Source of the DNA: Welwitschia mirabilis
Taxonomy: Eukaryota
Length of the DNA stretch: 64,000 bases
Assembly: GCA_051453625.1 (NCBI GenBank)
Contig: JBOZIK010000001.1
Location: 28,398,589-28,462,588, forward strand
Reading direction: 5' to 3'
Shown piece by piece: positions 12,901 to 24,908 of this stretch. Position 1 is the first letter of the stretch. Each line of letters begins with the position of its first letter. The position numbers and the translations under genes were made by a program. The notes under the pieces were generated by a model, which made no database searches, had not been told where the DNA came from, and saw only the letters and a list, made by a program, of their open reading frames with translations.

Positions 12901-13115
12901 AGGAGAATACTGACATTAAAATGTAACGTAAAAAATTTATTCATTACAGATTGTCTCCCATTTATCCTCGAGTTAACCGAGAAAATTAGATCATGGACCA
13001 CAAAATTCTTATTGTATGCGGGCAGATGTATGTTGATTAAAGTTGTGCTTCAATCTTTATCCTCCTTTTGGTGCATGGTTTTCATCCTCCCAAACAAAGT
13101 TCTACNNNNNNNNNN

Positions 13116-14247
13116 AGCCCCAATAGCTTGGCAAAGGGTTAGTAAAATCTAATCAACACTAATTCGCTGGATTGGAAAGCCTCAGGAAAACCTTTCTTCA
13201 CAGCTTCAGTCTATCAACATTTAAAGGGTCAAAATCCAAAGGCAGAATGGTCTGACTTACACTCCCAAAATATTCCTTCATTTCATGCCTGGCTTACAAT
13301 AAGAGGTTGTATACTAAAGATAAAATCCTCAAGATAGGCATTCAAATAGACCCGATTTGTGCGTTGTGTGGCATGACAAAAGAATCCAGAAATCACCTCT
13401 TTTTTGAATGTTCCCCTTTTGCTCTCCTCCTTAGGACAGTTTTAAATCTTGCTAGTATTTGCCCCCCAACAGCCTCCTAGAAGGATGTACAGATTTAGAT
13501 AAAGCAGAAAGTCGGATCAAAAGATTCATAGCACAATATTACTAAATTTCTCATCACTTCTTGTATTTATCGTGTGTAGCAAGCTAGAAATGAAAAAATC
13601 TTTAGGAGAAAAGATATCCAAATCGGGTAGATCATCAAAGAAATCAAATTCCATCTTTCCATTAAGGTGATGTCGATTCAAAAGCTCAAAGACTCGTAGA
13701 AAAATTGGGTGTGGTGTCAGACAGTGGGTATTACTCCTCTTTTGATGAGGTGATATCCATCTTCTTTTTCATGTTTATTCATTTCTCAGGAGTGAAGGTC
13801 TCTTGATATGATCAAGGAGCCAGTATCTTTTACTGATTAGAAGAATCTGGTTTATTTTTCTTCCATTTTTTGTATCCCTGGCTCCCAAAAATGTTTGATG
13901 GATAATTTGTCTCTTACTGGGTGTTGTTCTCTCCACTGAAGCAGCTCAAAAACACTAGGCCCCTATGCCTAATTTTTTCCGAGCCTTAGTAAGAGCTTTG
14001 TAGAACTAGATATGGTCCAACGACATTTGGATAATTAAATATCTTTAGGGAAAATCTGAAGCGGTTGAGACTGAGATCACATTCCAGGCTTCGGTTTAAA
14101 TTTGTTGGGTTTTGTATATTATGCCCTGTTTTTTTCTTTTAGGTTGCTCAGCCTTTGTTTGTGCATTTTCTTACTGTATCTGTTTGTGTTATAACTTACA
14201 CGTTTCCAATAATGAAGTTTGTTTACAATTTCATTCCGGAAAAAAAT
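13116..14247 (+). mobile_element. 3' fragment of an L1-like LINE (zf-RVT, 3' UTR, short A-tail)
   Basis: Reads IDPICALCGMTKESRNHLFFEC at ~13345-13410. Colinear with 36835-37400. Ends TTTCATTCCGGAAAAAAA, like TTTCATTCAGAAAAAAAAA at 38493-38511. Confidence 0.75.
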
Positions 14248-17200
14248 GTACCATGGGATTTTTCTCGCACTTCATTTTTTATTTTTTATTTTTTATTTTT
14301 TTAATGCAACCAATATTTTAACGTTGATCATTCATGTTGTTGTTTATCTCCATAGACTTTTTAGTTTTATATTAATACATTACAAGAAATAGCAATACTG
14401 ATAGAGCTAATATAGACAAAAATCAATCTATTTTCAAACAAACATTATAGGTTTTAGTATTTTGAAATTGACTCATTAATAAAGTCTCTCATGAAAATTA
14501 ATGTATCTATGACATTAATGATACTAAGATCTATCCTTTTAGGCAGCTTATTTACTTTGACAAAAGCCACTTGAATGAAATGATAGAATTCTATCGTCAG
14601 GTTTGTAATATTTTAATTTTAACCTTAACAAATCTCTCCCTTTATTCACAACTCAATGTACTTATCAACAAAATATTCTATTCTAGTATGAGGGTATATA
14701 AAAAAACATCTCTTTTTTCTAATCAAACAATTCCATCAAAAGGCTTATCAATAATATTCGAGTATTTAACATTAGTTATAAATTATTATTTATCATTATG
14801 ATTATGCATCAAAATGTTTTATTTAACTTATAAAATAAGTCATTCCATGAAGTCATCTGATAAGTCTCTCTAGCATTCATTATTCAACATCCTATCACAA
14901 TAGCTTCACTTAATTTTTCATAACCTCGTATGTCTACATAATCTTCAACAAGATTAACTTTAATAATTTTTTTTAGAAAATCCACTTAGTCTAATTTCTT
15001 GTTCACTTTCATTCCTCATAAACATTACATAAAATGTGAATTCTTTATCACTATTATGGGTTTTTGACATTTATCTCATATGCTTAACTTCTTGTGGTTG
15101 AGATCACTTTTTGAAGTTGTTCATATAAACTTCACTCTTGATGTATAGTTGTCATTCATTTAATATTTCCTAATTTTATTTATCTTTCTTTTTAGATTAA
15201 GCTTCATGATGTGGCTTTTCTATCACCTTTCTTATGCTACTATTTATGTTTACTATGTCCACCTTCATGGGTTTTCCCCAGATGTTTTGGTGTTTTACAT
15301 ATTTTTCTGGGTGTCTAAGTGTCTAACAGTAAGATATATAAACTTGTCTAGTAACTACGTATCTAACTAATCTAAGATTGGGTGTTAAAGATTTTCTTTT
15401 TTCTTTTACATGTTTAACTCTATACATAATTCTCTATATACAACTATGGTTGGCCTAACACCTTTGCATTGCATGTTTCTAGTTATATGAAGCTTAGGTA
15501 TATAACATTTTTATGTCTATGATGTTAAATTCAAAATTTTAGATCAATAAAATCCTTAGTATTACATGTGTATGATGTTTGGAAGTATGGCAAATGATAT
15601 TCCACTTCCAATGAATGTTGCTTACAAGAGCCTATAATTATGGAATCATGTTTTTAAGTAAAAGCACTAACATTTTGTGCTATTTCTTTATTTGATTTTC
15701 ATCCTTATTTCTCTCTAATCTCTCTCATAGCATAGGGAATAATATACAAAAAATCTTAATGTTTAAACTTGAGAATTTTTTCATCAAATCATAGTAAAAG
15801 TTTGTAAACTATGGTGTGAATACTACTAGAACCCTAGATTTGAAATAAACTACCCTCAAAATGAAACATAGCTGCTATAAAGTTTTAAAAAACAAATAGT
15901 TCTCATTCTTAAACTTCTATATGGGATATAAAATTTATACCAACTCAACTAAAGGATTCTTCACTTATACCATTTTAGAAATACATGTGGTGGATTATCA
16001 AGATAACATACAATGATGAAGTTAAGACAAAATTAAGAAAAAAAAAAAAAAGGAAATGTTATAGAATAAAATAATAAAAATAAAATAGTTTTTTCCAACA
16101 ATTTAGCATTACAATAGTAAAGATGATGACAAATCTATGACATGTTAGTAATAGTAATAACAATGACCACAACACCTTTATTAAAGTATGTATCAATTTT
16201 ATATATAATTTAAGATTAGGGTTTTCTCATTAAGATTTTTGTCCTAATTAATTATTAAGTGCCTTTTTAATAAATTGAAATTCTAGATTAGTTAGAAAAA
16301 ATACTTGACTTATATGTTAAGAAATCTAACTTGTTATAATTATCATACAAAGCTTTAAAATCAAATAAGAAATCACACATAACTTTGCATGCAAGGTATA
16401 TCATATATTTTAATTACTTCTATTGAGTGAAAAACTTAACAATATTCTACTATGAAAAGTAACCAAATTATCATGCTAAAGAAAAGTATAGAGAAATGTA
16501 TGATAACAAGACCATTAGAGCCCCATGCATCATTATGTCAATTCATCTACATGTTCAATGTGTTTAGAATAGGGTCACAAATTTATATTAGAGAAGATTG
16601 CACACAGTTATCCATGCCTATGATGTGAAATGAAGTGCCAAAGAGAGTTAAGAGTACGAAGGTGAATACATAACTTGTTTTACCTAGACATGCAATCCCT
16701 TTTTCCTGGGCATCTATCTTATTTACCCAGGTACATAGCCTTCTTTACTTGAGTACATAGCATCATTTACTTAGGATTTTGAAACTTTAAACCACTATAG
16801 GTAAGATTATTAGCCAACAATCTATAAACAACTATATCTTATCTAATGATACCTTCAATAATCCTATAATTTATACAAGAAAACTAAGGTCACTAAGATT
16901 CCAAAAATTTCTAATTAACATGCCCCAAATATAATAAGTATACCATCTGGATATTATCTACATCATAGTTGTATATATTTAACTAATAATGGATGTATAT
17001 GTTTAACTAAAGATAGCTATCTTTGTTTATCTAATAATAGCCACATAGGTATGTTTTTAACTAGAGAAGAAGGTGAGTGCTCTGTAATTAACTAGGATTT
17101 TGGCACTAGGATAGGAAGAAGTGGAGATCATTCCTAGTTGTGCATGTAACTATAAGTCATTGCATATAGTGTGATTTGAAGCAACAATTCAGCAATTATA

Positions 17201-17249
17201 ATTAGATATCAGTCTTGACAGAAGTTTGGTCTTGTAAATTAGGAAGGCA

Positions 17250-19440
17250 AGCCCATTATCAAAGAATAGCTATGAGTTGTGATGGAAACAAGGCTAGAAA
17301 AATGGCAAACCCACCCGCTGAAGGAAAGCCAAGCCTTCCATATGCTAAAGATAACCAACTAGAGTTGGAAATCTAGAGAAGAAAGGAGCTTAGCAAAGTA
17401 GAATCTTTGTAGAACCTCTCTTAAGTAGAAAATGATTTAACTAGGAAGGGATAGAAATCTAATAAACCATAGAAATAAATACATCCATAATAGAGGAAAG
17501 CCATTGAGTAAAATTACTTCAAAAAGTGCTAAAGGCTTAAGAGATGAAATTTAGGTATATACTAGTAGGAACGTTTAGTGGTAGAACCCCTACCAAGAGA
17601 AAAATATAGGCGTCGACTCTGAATGCTTTGGTAGATATGATGCTAGACTTAGATCCCATAAAAGAACACAATTTCTTCTTTGTTTTATCTAATGACAAAA
17701 ATAGAAATGCAATAGAAGCCATGATGATTTGAAGGGAAGACAATCTCATAATGCAACTAGAATAATGGTATTTATGATATCATTTTGGACAATACATGAA
17801 GATAGGAAAATACAAGTTAAAATAGTGGCTTGCCATTTGGATATGGATGCTAGGCTTACCTATAGAATTTTGGAATGAATCTTTTCTAAGTAGTATAGAA
17901 TTAATCTTTGGTGAAATTATAATAACCAACCAAATCATGGCCAAATGCATGCTAACATTAAATGCAAAAATGTTTGTAAGGATGGTGGATGACACACATC
18001 TAGTCTTCCAAATTGAACTCCAAGGATTACATGGAAAATTTAAGCAATAACTAATCCATGAGAATGTGTCAAATATGAGTAGGACATGTATGCAAAGGGA
18101 ACACATGTCATTGCATTATAATAAATATCACAAGAGAACATCATAGGATATATCTTAGAGAAAGAACCAACAACAAAGAAGAGAACATAGAAAATAGAAT
18201 ACTTTTCTTTTCAAAGAAAAGGCTACACAAAATTGAGAAGAAAAAGGAATAGAGGCATATGGAAAGAGAACCATATCATAGATGAAGGGGTATAAGAAAT
18301 GACAAGCCAAAAAAATAAATTATAACAAGACTATGAAAAGTCCCAAGGGTAAAAGGGGCAGACAACAAATAGAATAAGGAAGATCAGTTCAAGAAATAAA
18401 ATTAACTTGAGAGGTTTTGAAAAAGCAATCTCCTAACATAACAAGCAAAATTGGGACTAAGAACTAGCTACTGCAAGAAGGAAAAACAAGAAGTATCTTG
18501 AAAAACAACCAGGGAAGGAACAAAAGTGAAAATTGTGCTAACTACTAGTGGAAAAACTGAGGCCATAGAAAAGAAGAAGGGAAGAAGAATTACAAATATT
18601 AAAATAGAGGTCCAAGGTAAATCTTGAGGGAGGGAAGTCTCAAAAAATCATTCAAAAGGGACTGGGAAGGGACTCAATTTAGGAAAGAATTTAGAAAGGC
18701 ACTACACAAGATGTAGAAAACATAACCCAAGAGAGTTTAGATAAATTATGTAAGATGGAGCCCAAAAAAAAGCTCATACTAAAATGGACGTAGCTAATGG
18801 AAATAGCAAATGAGGAGAAAATGGACGTAATATTTATACAAGAATTAAATATTAAAGATTCTAATGGGAAATTAAATGGTTGGAAGAGTGAATGGGAGAA
18901 ATAAAATAGTTGAAGTGGAGGCTTAGTAATCTTTTAAAAAAATAATCTCTCTTTTCAAATTAAAATCAAGGAAGAATACATGCTAGTCATTTATGGGGAA
19001 TCACTTAATCTTCTAAGTGTATAGGGCCTAACCACATAATAGAATAGACCAAACTTTAGGAAAAACATACTAGAAGTAGTAAAGAGAGGAGAATGGGTTA
19101 TGGGGGATGACCAAAACTTGATCTATAGCTCAAAAGAGTGAACAAGTGGTAAGATGAGCTGAGAAAAGTAAGACTTCTTCAGAAAAGTAGAGGATGTTAG
19201 ACACATGATAGAGATTCCAATTCTATTTACATGATTCATATGAAAATTCCCTAGAGCAAAACACTCTTTGAAAGAATTACACTTAGATATATTTCTAATA
19301 GCATAATAGATCTAGGCATCAGATGCTTCCCCTAGGAAATCCTTCTCATGGATTATGTCAAATCATCAACCTATAATCTATCTATGAATGGGGAATAGAC
19401 TTCTCTACATCCTCTCCTTTCAAGTTAAAAAACTTTGACA
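17250..19440 (+). mobile_element. Decayed LINE 5' half (ORF1 DUF4283-like region plus AP-endonuclease relic)
   Basis: IWIWMLGLPIEFWNESFLSSI...FVRM (17835-17985) resembles the LINE ORF1 W-x-x-x-x-LP-x-x-x-W block. EEKMDVIFIQE (~18812-18845) resembles an endonuclease motif. Boundaries approximate. Confidence 0.5.
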
Positions 19441-20122
19441 CTGCTAGAACTTTGATCTATTAAAGTATTTGTTTTAATAAACAATTCAAATGAAAGGTAA
19501 GAAATACCTTTGATGAAAAATTACTTCATTTCATTTCCTTCGATTTTCTTTCGCAGTCTCCTTTCATGCTTCATTCTTCAACCAATTAGAGCAACGGATT
19601 CAAATTTCATCCTTTAACTGATTGAAGTGACAGATTTAGATTTCATATTTCAATCAATCAAAAAAAGAACTTTGACACCAATGGCATCCTGAAGAGTTCA
19701 ACTCTTTCTCTCACTAGATATTTCATTTCTAAACATTTTAATTTTTTTAAATTTTTTATTTTTTTTTTTTTGAGGGTAGCATACCTACAACTCATCTTAA
19801 GAAACACAGTGTAGGTTGTTGAAGCTCAAACTATAGCCAAACCACCTAAGAAAGATATCTTAGGTTCATAATACAAATGATATTTTCTAGAAAGTGTAAT
19901 GCTGATTTTGCTCATCTGATGTGAGAGACAGCACAAGAGTCAAAACTTCAAGGGAAGATCAATTCTATAGTTCATATCTAGTAGGCACGGACCTCCTCTT
20001 CAACACCGCCAAAGTTCACGACTACTTATTGTAATGTATATGTTTTCTGATTTAAATTTGTTGCAATCTCATATTTGTCTTTTCTTTGAACTAAATGAAT
20101 GCATAGCTTTACAAAGCGGTAC

Positions 20123-20558
20123 TTGGTAACATTTTTAGAATAGACAGATGGGGCCCTCACAAGTTTTCCATGTTGATGAAGCATTTTTAGTGCCAGGTGA
20201 AGAACCCTGATGCTTATTATGCAATGAGTTTGTCAATGCTTCCCACTTTTTGGTTTTTGGACAATTGGATAACTTTGCAATAGGTTTTAAGATTTTTCCT
20301 TTTTTTCCTTCCATCCTCTTTTGCATTTCAAAACCTTCAACTAATGACCACTCTGAAATTAGTATATGATAGGGTCCGGGTGATAGTCTACACTACTTAT
20401 TTTCCAACAGCGAGTCCATAACGAGCAAAATCACAACAAATACTAATATGTGTCAAATACAAAAATAAAAGAAGGGACTGACTCTATAGGTTATAAAGAG
20501 TAGAATTAGGTGAAACAAAGGCAACCAGTAACCATACCAGTATAATACACTCTTTCCA
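20123..20558 (-). pseudogene. Possible second, more decayed TauE/SafE (sulfite exporter) gene relic
   Basis: WKECIILVWLLVAFV resembles plant TauE WKELGLLVFVWVAFL (recalled consensus). Downstream, KLI..ASG and GPICLF*KCYQ|gt resemble GPLFLELGVPPQ|V. Frameshifted, with stops. Confidence 0.35.
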
Positions 20559-22066
20559 CTGCAGAAATGTTAGGGAGTTTTATATACATAGGAAAAGAAT
20601 GATAAGAAGAAATTCTAACAATCAATTTCTGATCAGCAAAGACAGATGTAATGTTATGCATTTCAAATCTTAGCCTTCTCTGTCTTCTCTAATATGTGCC
20701 TATTCACCATGGTATTTATTTCTAACATAGATTTCATCTTATATTTTTTGCGTTTATTAGATGTCTAATTGATATTTATTTTAGGAAGGTTTGTCTTCAT
20801 TTGAAAATTGGGAACCATAGAAGTTGATTAGGGTTGAGAATGGGTCTGAAGAATGAAATAACCAATTTCAAATAATCACAAGCTCACCAAGCAAGGTTAT
20901 GAAGTCCACTTACACAAGGAATTTAGAAGTTCAAGATAATCTCAAAACAAATACAAATAGATGAAATGCAATTAGAAACAAAAAAAGCTTTGTTTAATCA
21001 AACAAATGATGGGAAATAATAAAGCGCGAGCTCTAACCTAAGTGAATATGAGCAATTAAGTGAGTGTGGGCATCTGTATATTTTCTAACGATATAAATGA
21101 CATTTTCCTACATGAATCTTACTTATGCATATCCTGACTATGCCTTTAGGTAGCTGTTTTGATTACATCTAGAGTTGAGACTTAGGTGCTTCAGATTCTT
21201 GATATGGTTTCAGATGTACTTAGCTTAAAGAATGTTTATTAAGTTGATTTTTAGGCTTGAAATATAGCACAGCCCACTGGATGATATGTCTTAGGTCTTA
21301 ACTGAATTGTCACCATCATGAGCACTTTTGTCTCGTCTATTTGGGTTAGGTCTTAACAGAAATAACAGTTTCTGTGGCCTAGCAGAAAATATTTTGATGC
21401 CTATTATGTGATGCACATCCTTGTTACAAACACTTTGTAATTCCTGAAGTTCCCTAACTTCCACTGAGTTGTACTAGAAAGAAATTTTCTTGTGTCACCT
21501 CATGCCCCACAAGTGTTAACACATCCTTTTGGTTTGTGAATGAAAACATGAGATCAAACCTTAGATAGTATATATTTGTTTTATTGAAATGGACATATCT
21601 GCCATTCTTTTTTCACAATAATGAATATTCAATGGATTTGACAAACGTTCTAATTCTTAAAAAAGTCAGAGATTGTAGTCCCTACTAAAGTATGAAGGTG
21701 TTACGTTTGTCTTCATTCACAAACAAATCCTATTGACACCAGTGATGACAATCTTAGAAGACTGCCTTTTTAAATTACACATGTTGTTTTTGGGATCCTC
21801 TAATGCTTTGTTGCCTTCTATCACTTCCTAAGGCTTACAGTGCGCCTTGACACCTAGTATTTCAAGGCAGAAAGGAAAGTGTAGATAACCAGCATAGCAG
21901 GTTCTGTGCTCTGATGCTCAAATTTCAAGAGTATTACTCCTTTCATATATGTAACTTCAGTCATTCAAAAAAATGGTTTTCTCTTATATATTAGCATAAG
22001 CAAGGGCCATGCTACCAGCAAACAATGCTCCTGAAAATTAAGGACATATCCTGAAAGGCCGAGGGA

Positions 22067-23005
22067 TTAATCCCTTTGGAAAAAGGGAAGAATGTTGATA
22101 TTCTGTGTTCTGCCCGTGACCAACAAGGCAGTTTTCTTCCCACCTGCATTCCACAGGAATCATAACAGAGCTGAAACAAGAACGAACTCATAAGAAATGC
22201 GCAGGCTCACTAATGGCCAATGCATTGTCAAATACCAATGCACATAAAAAGAAAATGATGCAGAAAATGATGCAGAATGTTCTCCCAAGCATACCCACGA
22301 TCTTCCTTACTCTATCGTGGCCTCACAGAGCTTCCAGAATGCTTATTACCGTCAAGTATGACATTGCTCTTGTTCAAAAATTATGATGCAGGTTCTGTTA
22401 CTAGTTAACTCAAACAGAAATCTCGAAACAGCCAATAATGAGAACTGCAAGTTCAGGAATTTTGGGTGTTACCATATGAAAATGGAAATCTGTGCAGATA
22501 ACAGTGATATGACTGAGGAGAATAGCATCAAGAGTGTTGTGGTTGCTATAGTGACCTGCACATAATGGTGCATTATTTAATTAGTAGTTTTAATGAAATT
22601 ATTTGGATTTTGGAAATGGAGCTGATATTGATCTATGACCTGAGGTTGAACGCCCATGCACATGATCAGTGGCTTCATGATGAACCCAACTCCCATTTCG
22701 GATAGCCCTCCGACTATGCCTGCTGCAGTCCCTGAGTATGCACATGATAGGAGCTTTTGGGTACTCCAATCAGTTCTCTCTGACCACAGATCCTCTGCAT
22801 CTGTTGTATGTCTCTTAAGCCTCAGGATCTGATATCCAGATGCTGTTAAGTCCTGCAAGAATCTTCTAAGCCTCCTACTATCATATTTTCCAGTGTAAGA
22901 AAGGAATTTCAAACAGAAAAAATGGTTCCTGGATTGCTTTTCAAATAGCAACAACACCATCAATGATGAAGCCAGTACATAGGGCACTCCTGCTTATATT
23001 TATCA
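22067..23005 (-). pseudogene. Sulfite exporter TauE/SafE family pseudogene (C-terminal exons with introns)
   Basis: Successive exons: KYKQECPMYWL (~23005-22970); ...SGTAAGIVGGLSEMGVGFIMKPLIMCMGVQPQ|gt (ends 22640); ag|VTIATTTLLMLFSSVIS..[fs]RFPFSY|gt (22555-22473); AMSYLTVISILEAL*GHDRVRKIVGMLGRTFCIIF (~22367-22211; TGA at 22323-22325; 12-bp duplication at 22251-22274). The exon order matches plant TauE genes. Confidence 0.75.
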
Positions 23006-24088
23006 CTCCTATTCTTCTCCCAACCTATATGGGATTATTTACCATCGCTTGCTATCTCCTATGGCTCAATACTTTTGTTGCCTCGTACGATTCTCTGTGG
23101 GCAGTCCTATGTCAGTCTATAGCTTATATCACCCTTTTTGCAAAAAAAGTGAATGAAGATTCAGTACAATTCAAAAAAAATGATTCAATAATAATGTGAG
23201 CTTAAGGAATTGTTTGCAGGGAAACTAACTTGTAGGCCTCTAGAGACCCAAATCTAGAATCCACATCTTTGAGTTGTCGTTCTGCAAATGATATCAACTG
23301 TTGGAAGATCCAAATAAGAAACCTGATATATCTTCATCAATAAATCTTTCTTGACAAAAGAATCTTGAAACCATATCATATTTTGCAGAAAGAACATCAT
23401 CAAAAAGAAACAACAATGGTGAACAAGAAATTGCATTCACTAAACATATGTTCTACAATGCTTATGACATTCTAATAAATGGCGCAATTAGGTTTTGCAA
23501 ATCAGAGAATTCATATCAAAAAGCTAAGAAGGTATTTAAGTGGAACCTTCTATGTACGGTCATATTAGTTGAAATATCTATAATCCTAGCTGGACTTTCC
23601 TGCTTAGTTTTGTCATATCCTTTGTAATACAGTGCAATCGTTTTTTAGGAGCTGAAGCTCCACCCTGCGGCCTAGCATAGATCCAGGGGTTCCTATGGTA
23701 CAACCCCTGCAAGAAATCATAAGAATTAAATATTTGAAAAGCACTATATGTTGAGCTCTGTGCTTAAGATATCTTCTAATGTGAAACAAAAAAATAAATA
23801 AATAAAAAATGTACATGCATGTATTCATTATCTCTGCACTTATAGTTACGCTGTGATCAGTGTGCTCAGATAATTCTAGATATATATTCATCTGTGTTTC
23901 TCACATCTACATATGAATTAATAAGGGATATCACTATAGCATCTGGAATACATAAGATACATGGAAAGACTATTTCAAAGATTTCTTTCATCTTTTATTA
24001 TTCAGTCAATTAATATACAAGATGTTAAAAACTAGAGTGAGCATGATGTGTGCAAGTGAAAGTAAAATGAATATCAGAAAATATATAC

Positions 24089-24224
24089 TATTCTCAAGGC
24101 TTGCATGCCATAGTAATCTTAAACTTTCAATTTCGTATAGATTCAATGATATTTTATTGATTGCTTCAGGTGAAGACGCCTCCGGATGAAGCTTAAGCCA
24201 ATGTTCAGTTAAATCTAACGATAA
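24089..24224 (-). pseudogene. ACC synthase (ACS)-like exon 2 relic
   Basis: cag|LSLDLTEHWLKLHPEAS...YEIES[fs]QDYYGMQALRI|gt resembles ACS exon 2 (LSFDLIEEWLKKHPEAS...FQDYHGLPEFRK, recalled consensus). Both splice sites fall at the usual phase-0 positions. Length is 136 nt, i.e. frameshifted. Confidence 0.6.
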
Positions 24225-24482
24225 CTGTCCACAAATATAGCGGGGAAAAATGTGAAAGGGTATTTAGACAAAAAAAAAAAAGGATAAGCATAAAACATGA
24301 AAGTGTGAAATATTATCTGCAAAGTAGAGAAGAAAGCAATCAAACGTGTTTAAAAAAATTGAGAGATGCTATAGTTACTGTGCACTTGTTCTTCTTTTTG
24401 TGGTCAAGATCAAATGCTTCAATACCTTCTAGTGAGAGCAACCGAGGGTGCGAAATACAATGGTAAAATAGTTCAGCTTTAG

Positions 24483-24883
24483 TGATAAGCCAAGAAAGTC
24501 CTCAAGAGTGCCACGAAAGAATCCAAGATATTTCTCTTAACACAAAGTGCAAGTTACGTGGCAATGTTTGCACAAGAGCTACCTGTTACGTGGCTCAACT
24601 TATGGTTGTTGAATTGGTCAAGTTTGTTAGTAATGATTGCTTGTAAATAGGTCTAATAATTATTTGCATAAGTTGTTATTTAATTTAAATAATTATTGCT
24701 GCTTTATTGTAACTAAACATTATGGCCCATAATAGTAGAAAAGTTGTTATTATTTCTTTGTATTTAAACTCTTCTAGAATAAAAGAAAAGAAATCTATCT
24801 TCATCAACTTAAATTCTGGGTTGTTCTAATCCTAAGTAGAACTCTATTATACTTACACCTTAAAGCTTTGGCTGGACCTATCA
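24483..24883 (+). repeat. 5' LTR (401 bp) of the Reina-like element
   Basis: TGATA...TATCA termini, followed by the tRNA-Met PBS TGGTATCAGAAC at 24885-24896. Confidence 0.9.
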
Positions 24884-24908
24884 TTGGTATCAGAACTACT
24901 ATTCCATA

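Noticed and set aside
20250-20560. GKSVLYWYGYWLP and WSLV..GR..LKTY as MYB exons 2/3
   Set aside because: Alternative frames give better, gap-free matches to TauE in the right exon order, and key MYB residues are missing.
24120-24235. Resemblance to MYB exon 2 (CGKSCRLRWLN...GGF)
   Set aside because: Needs several frameshifts and stops and does not fit the splice phase. The ACS exon-2 reading fits better, including both splice sites.
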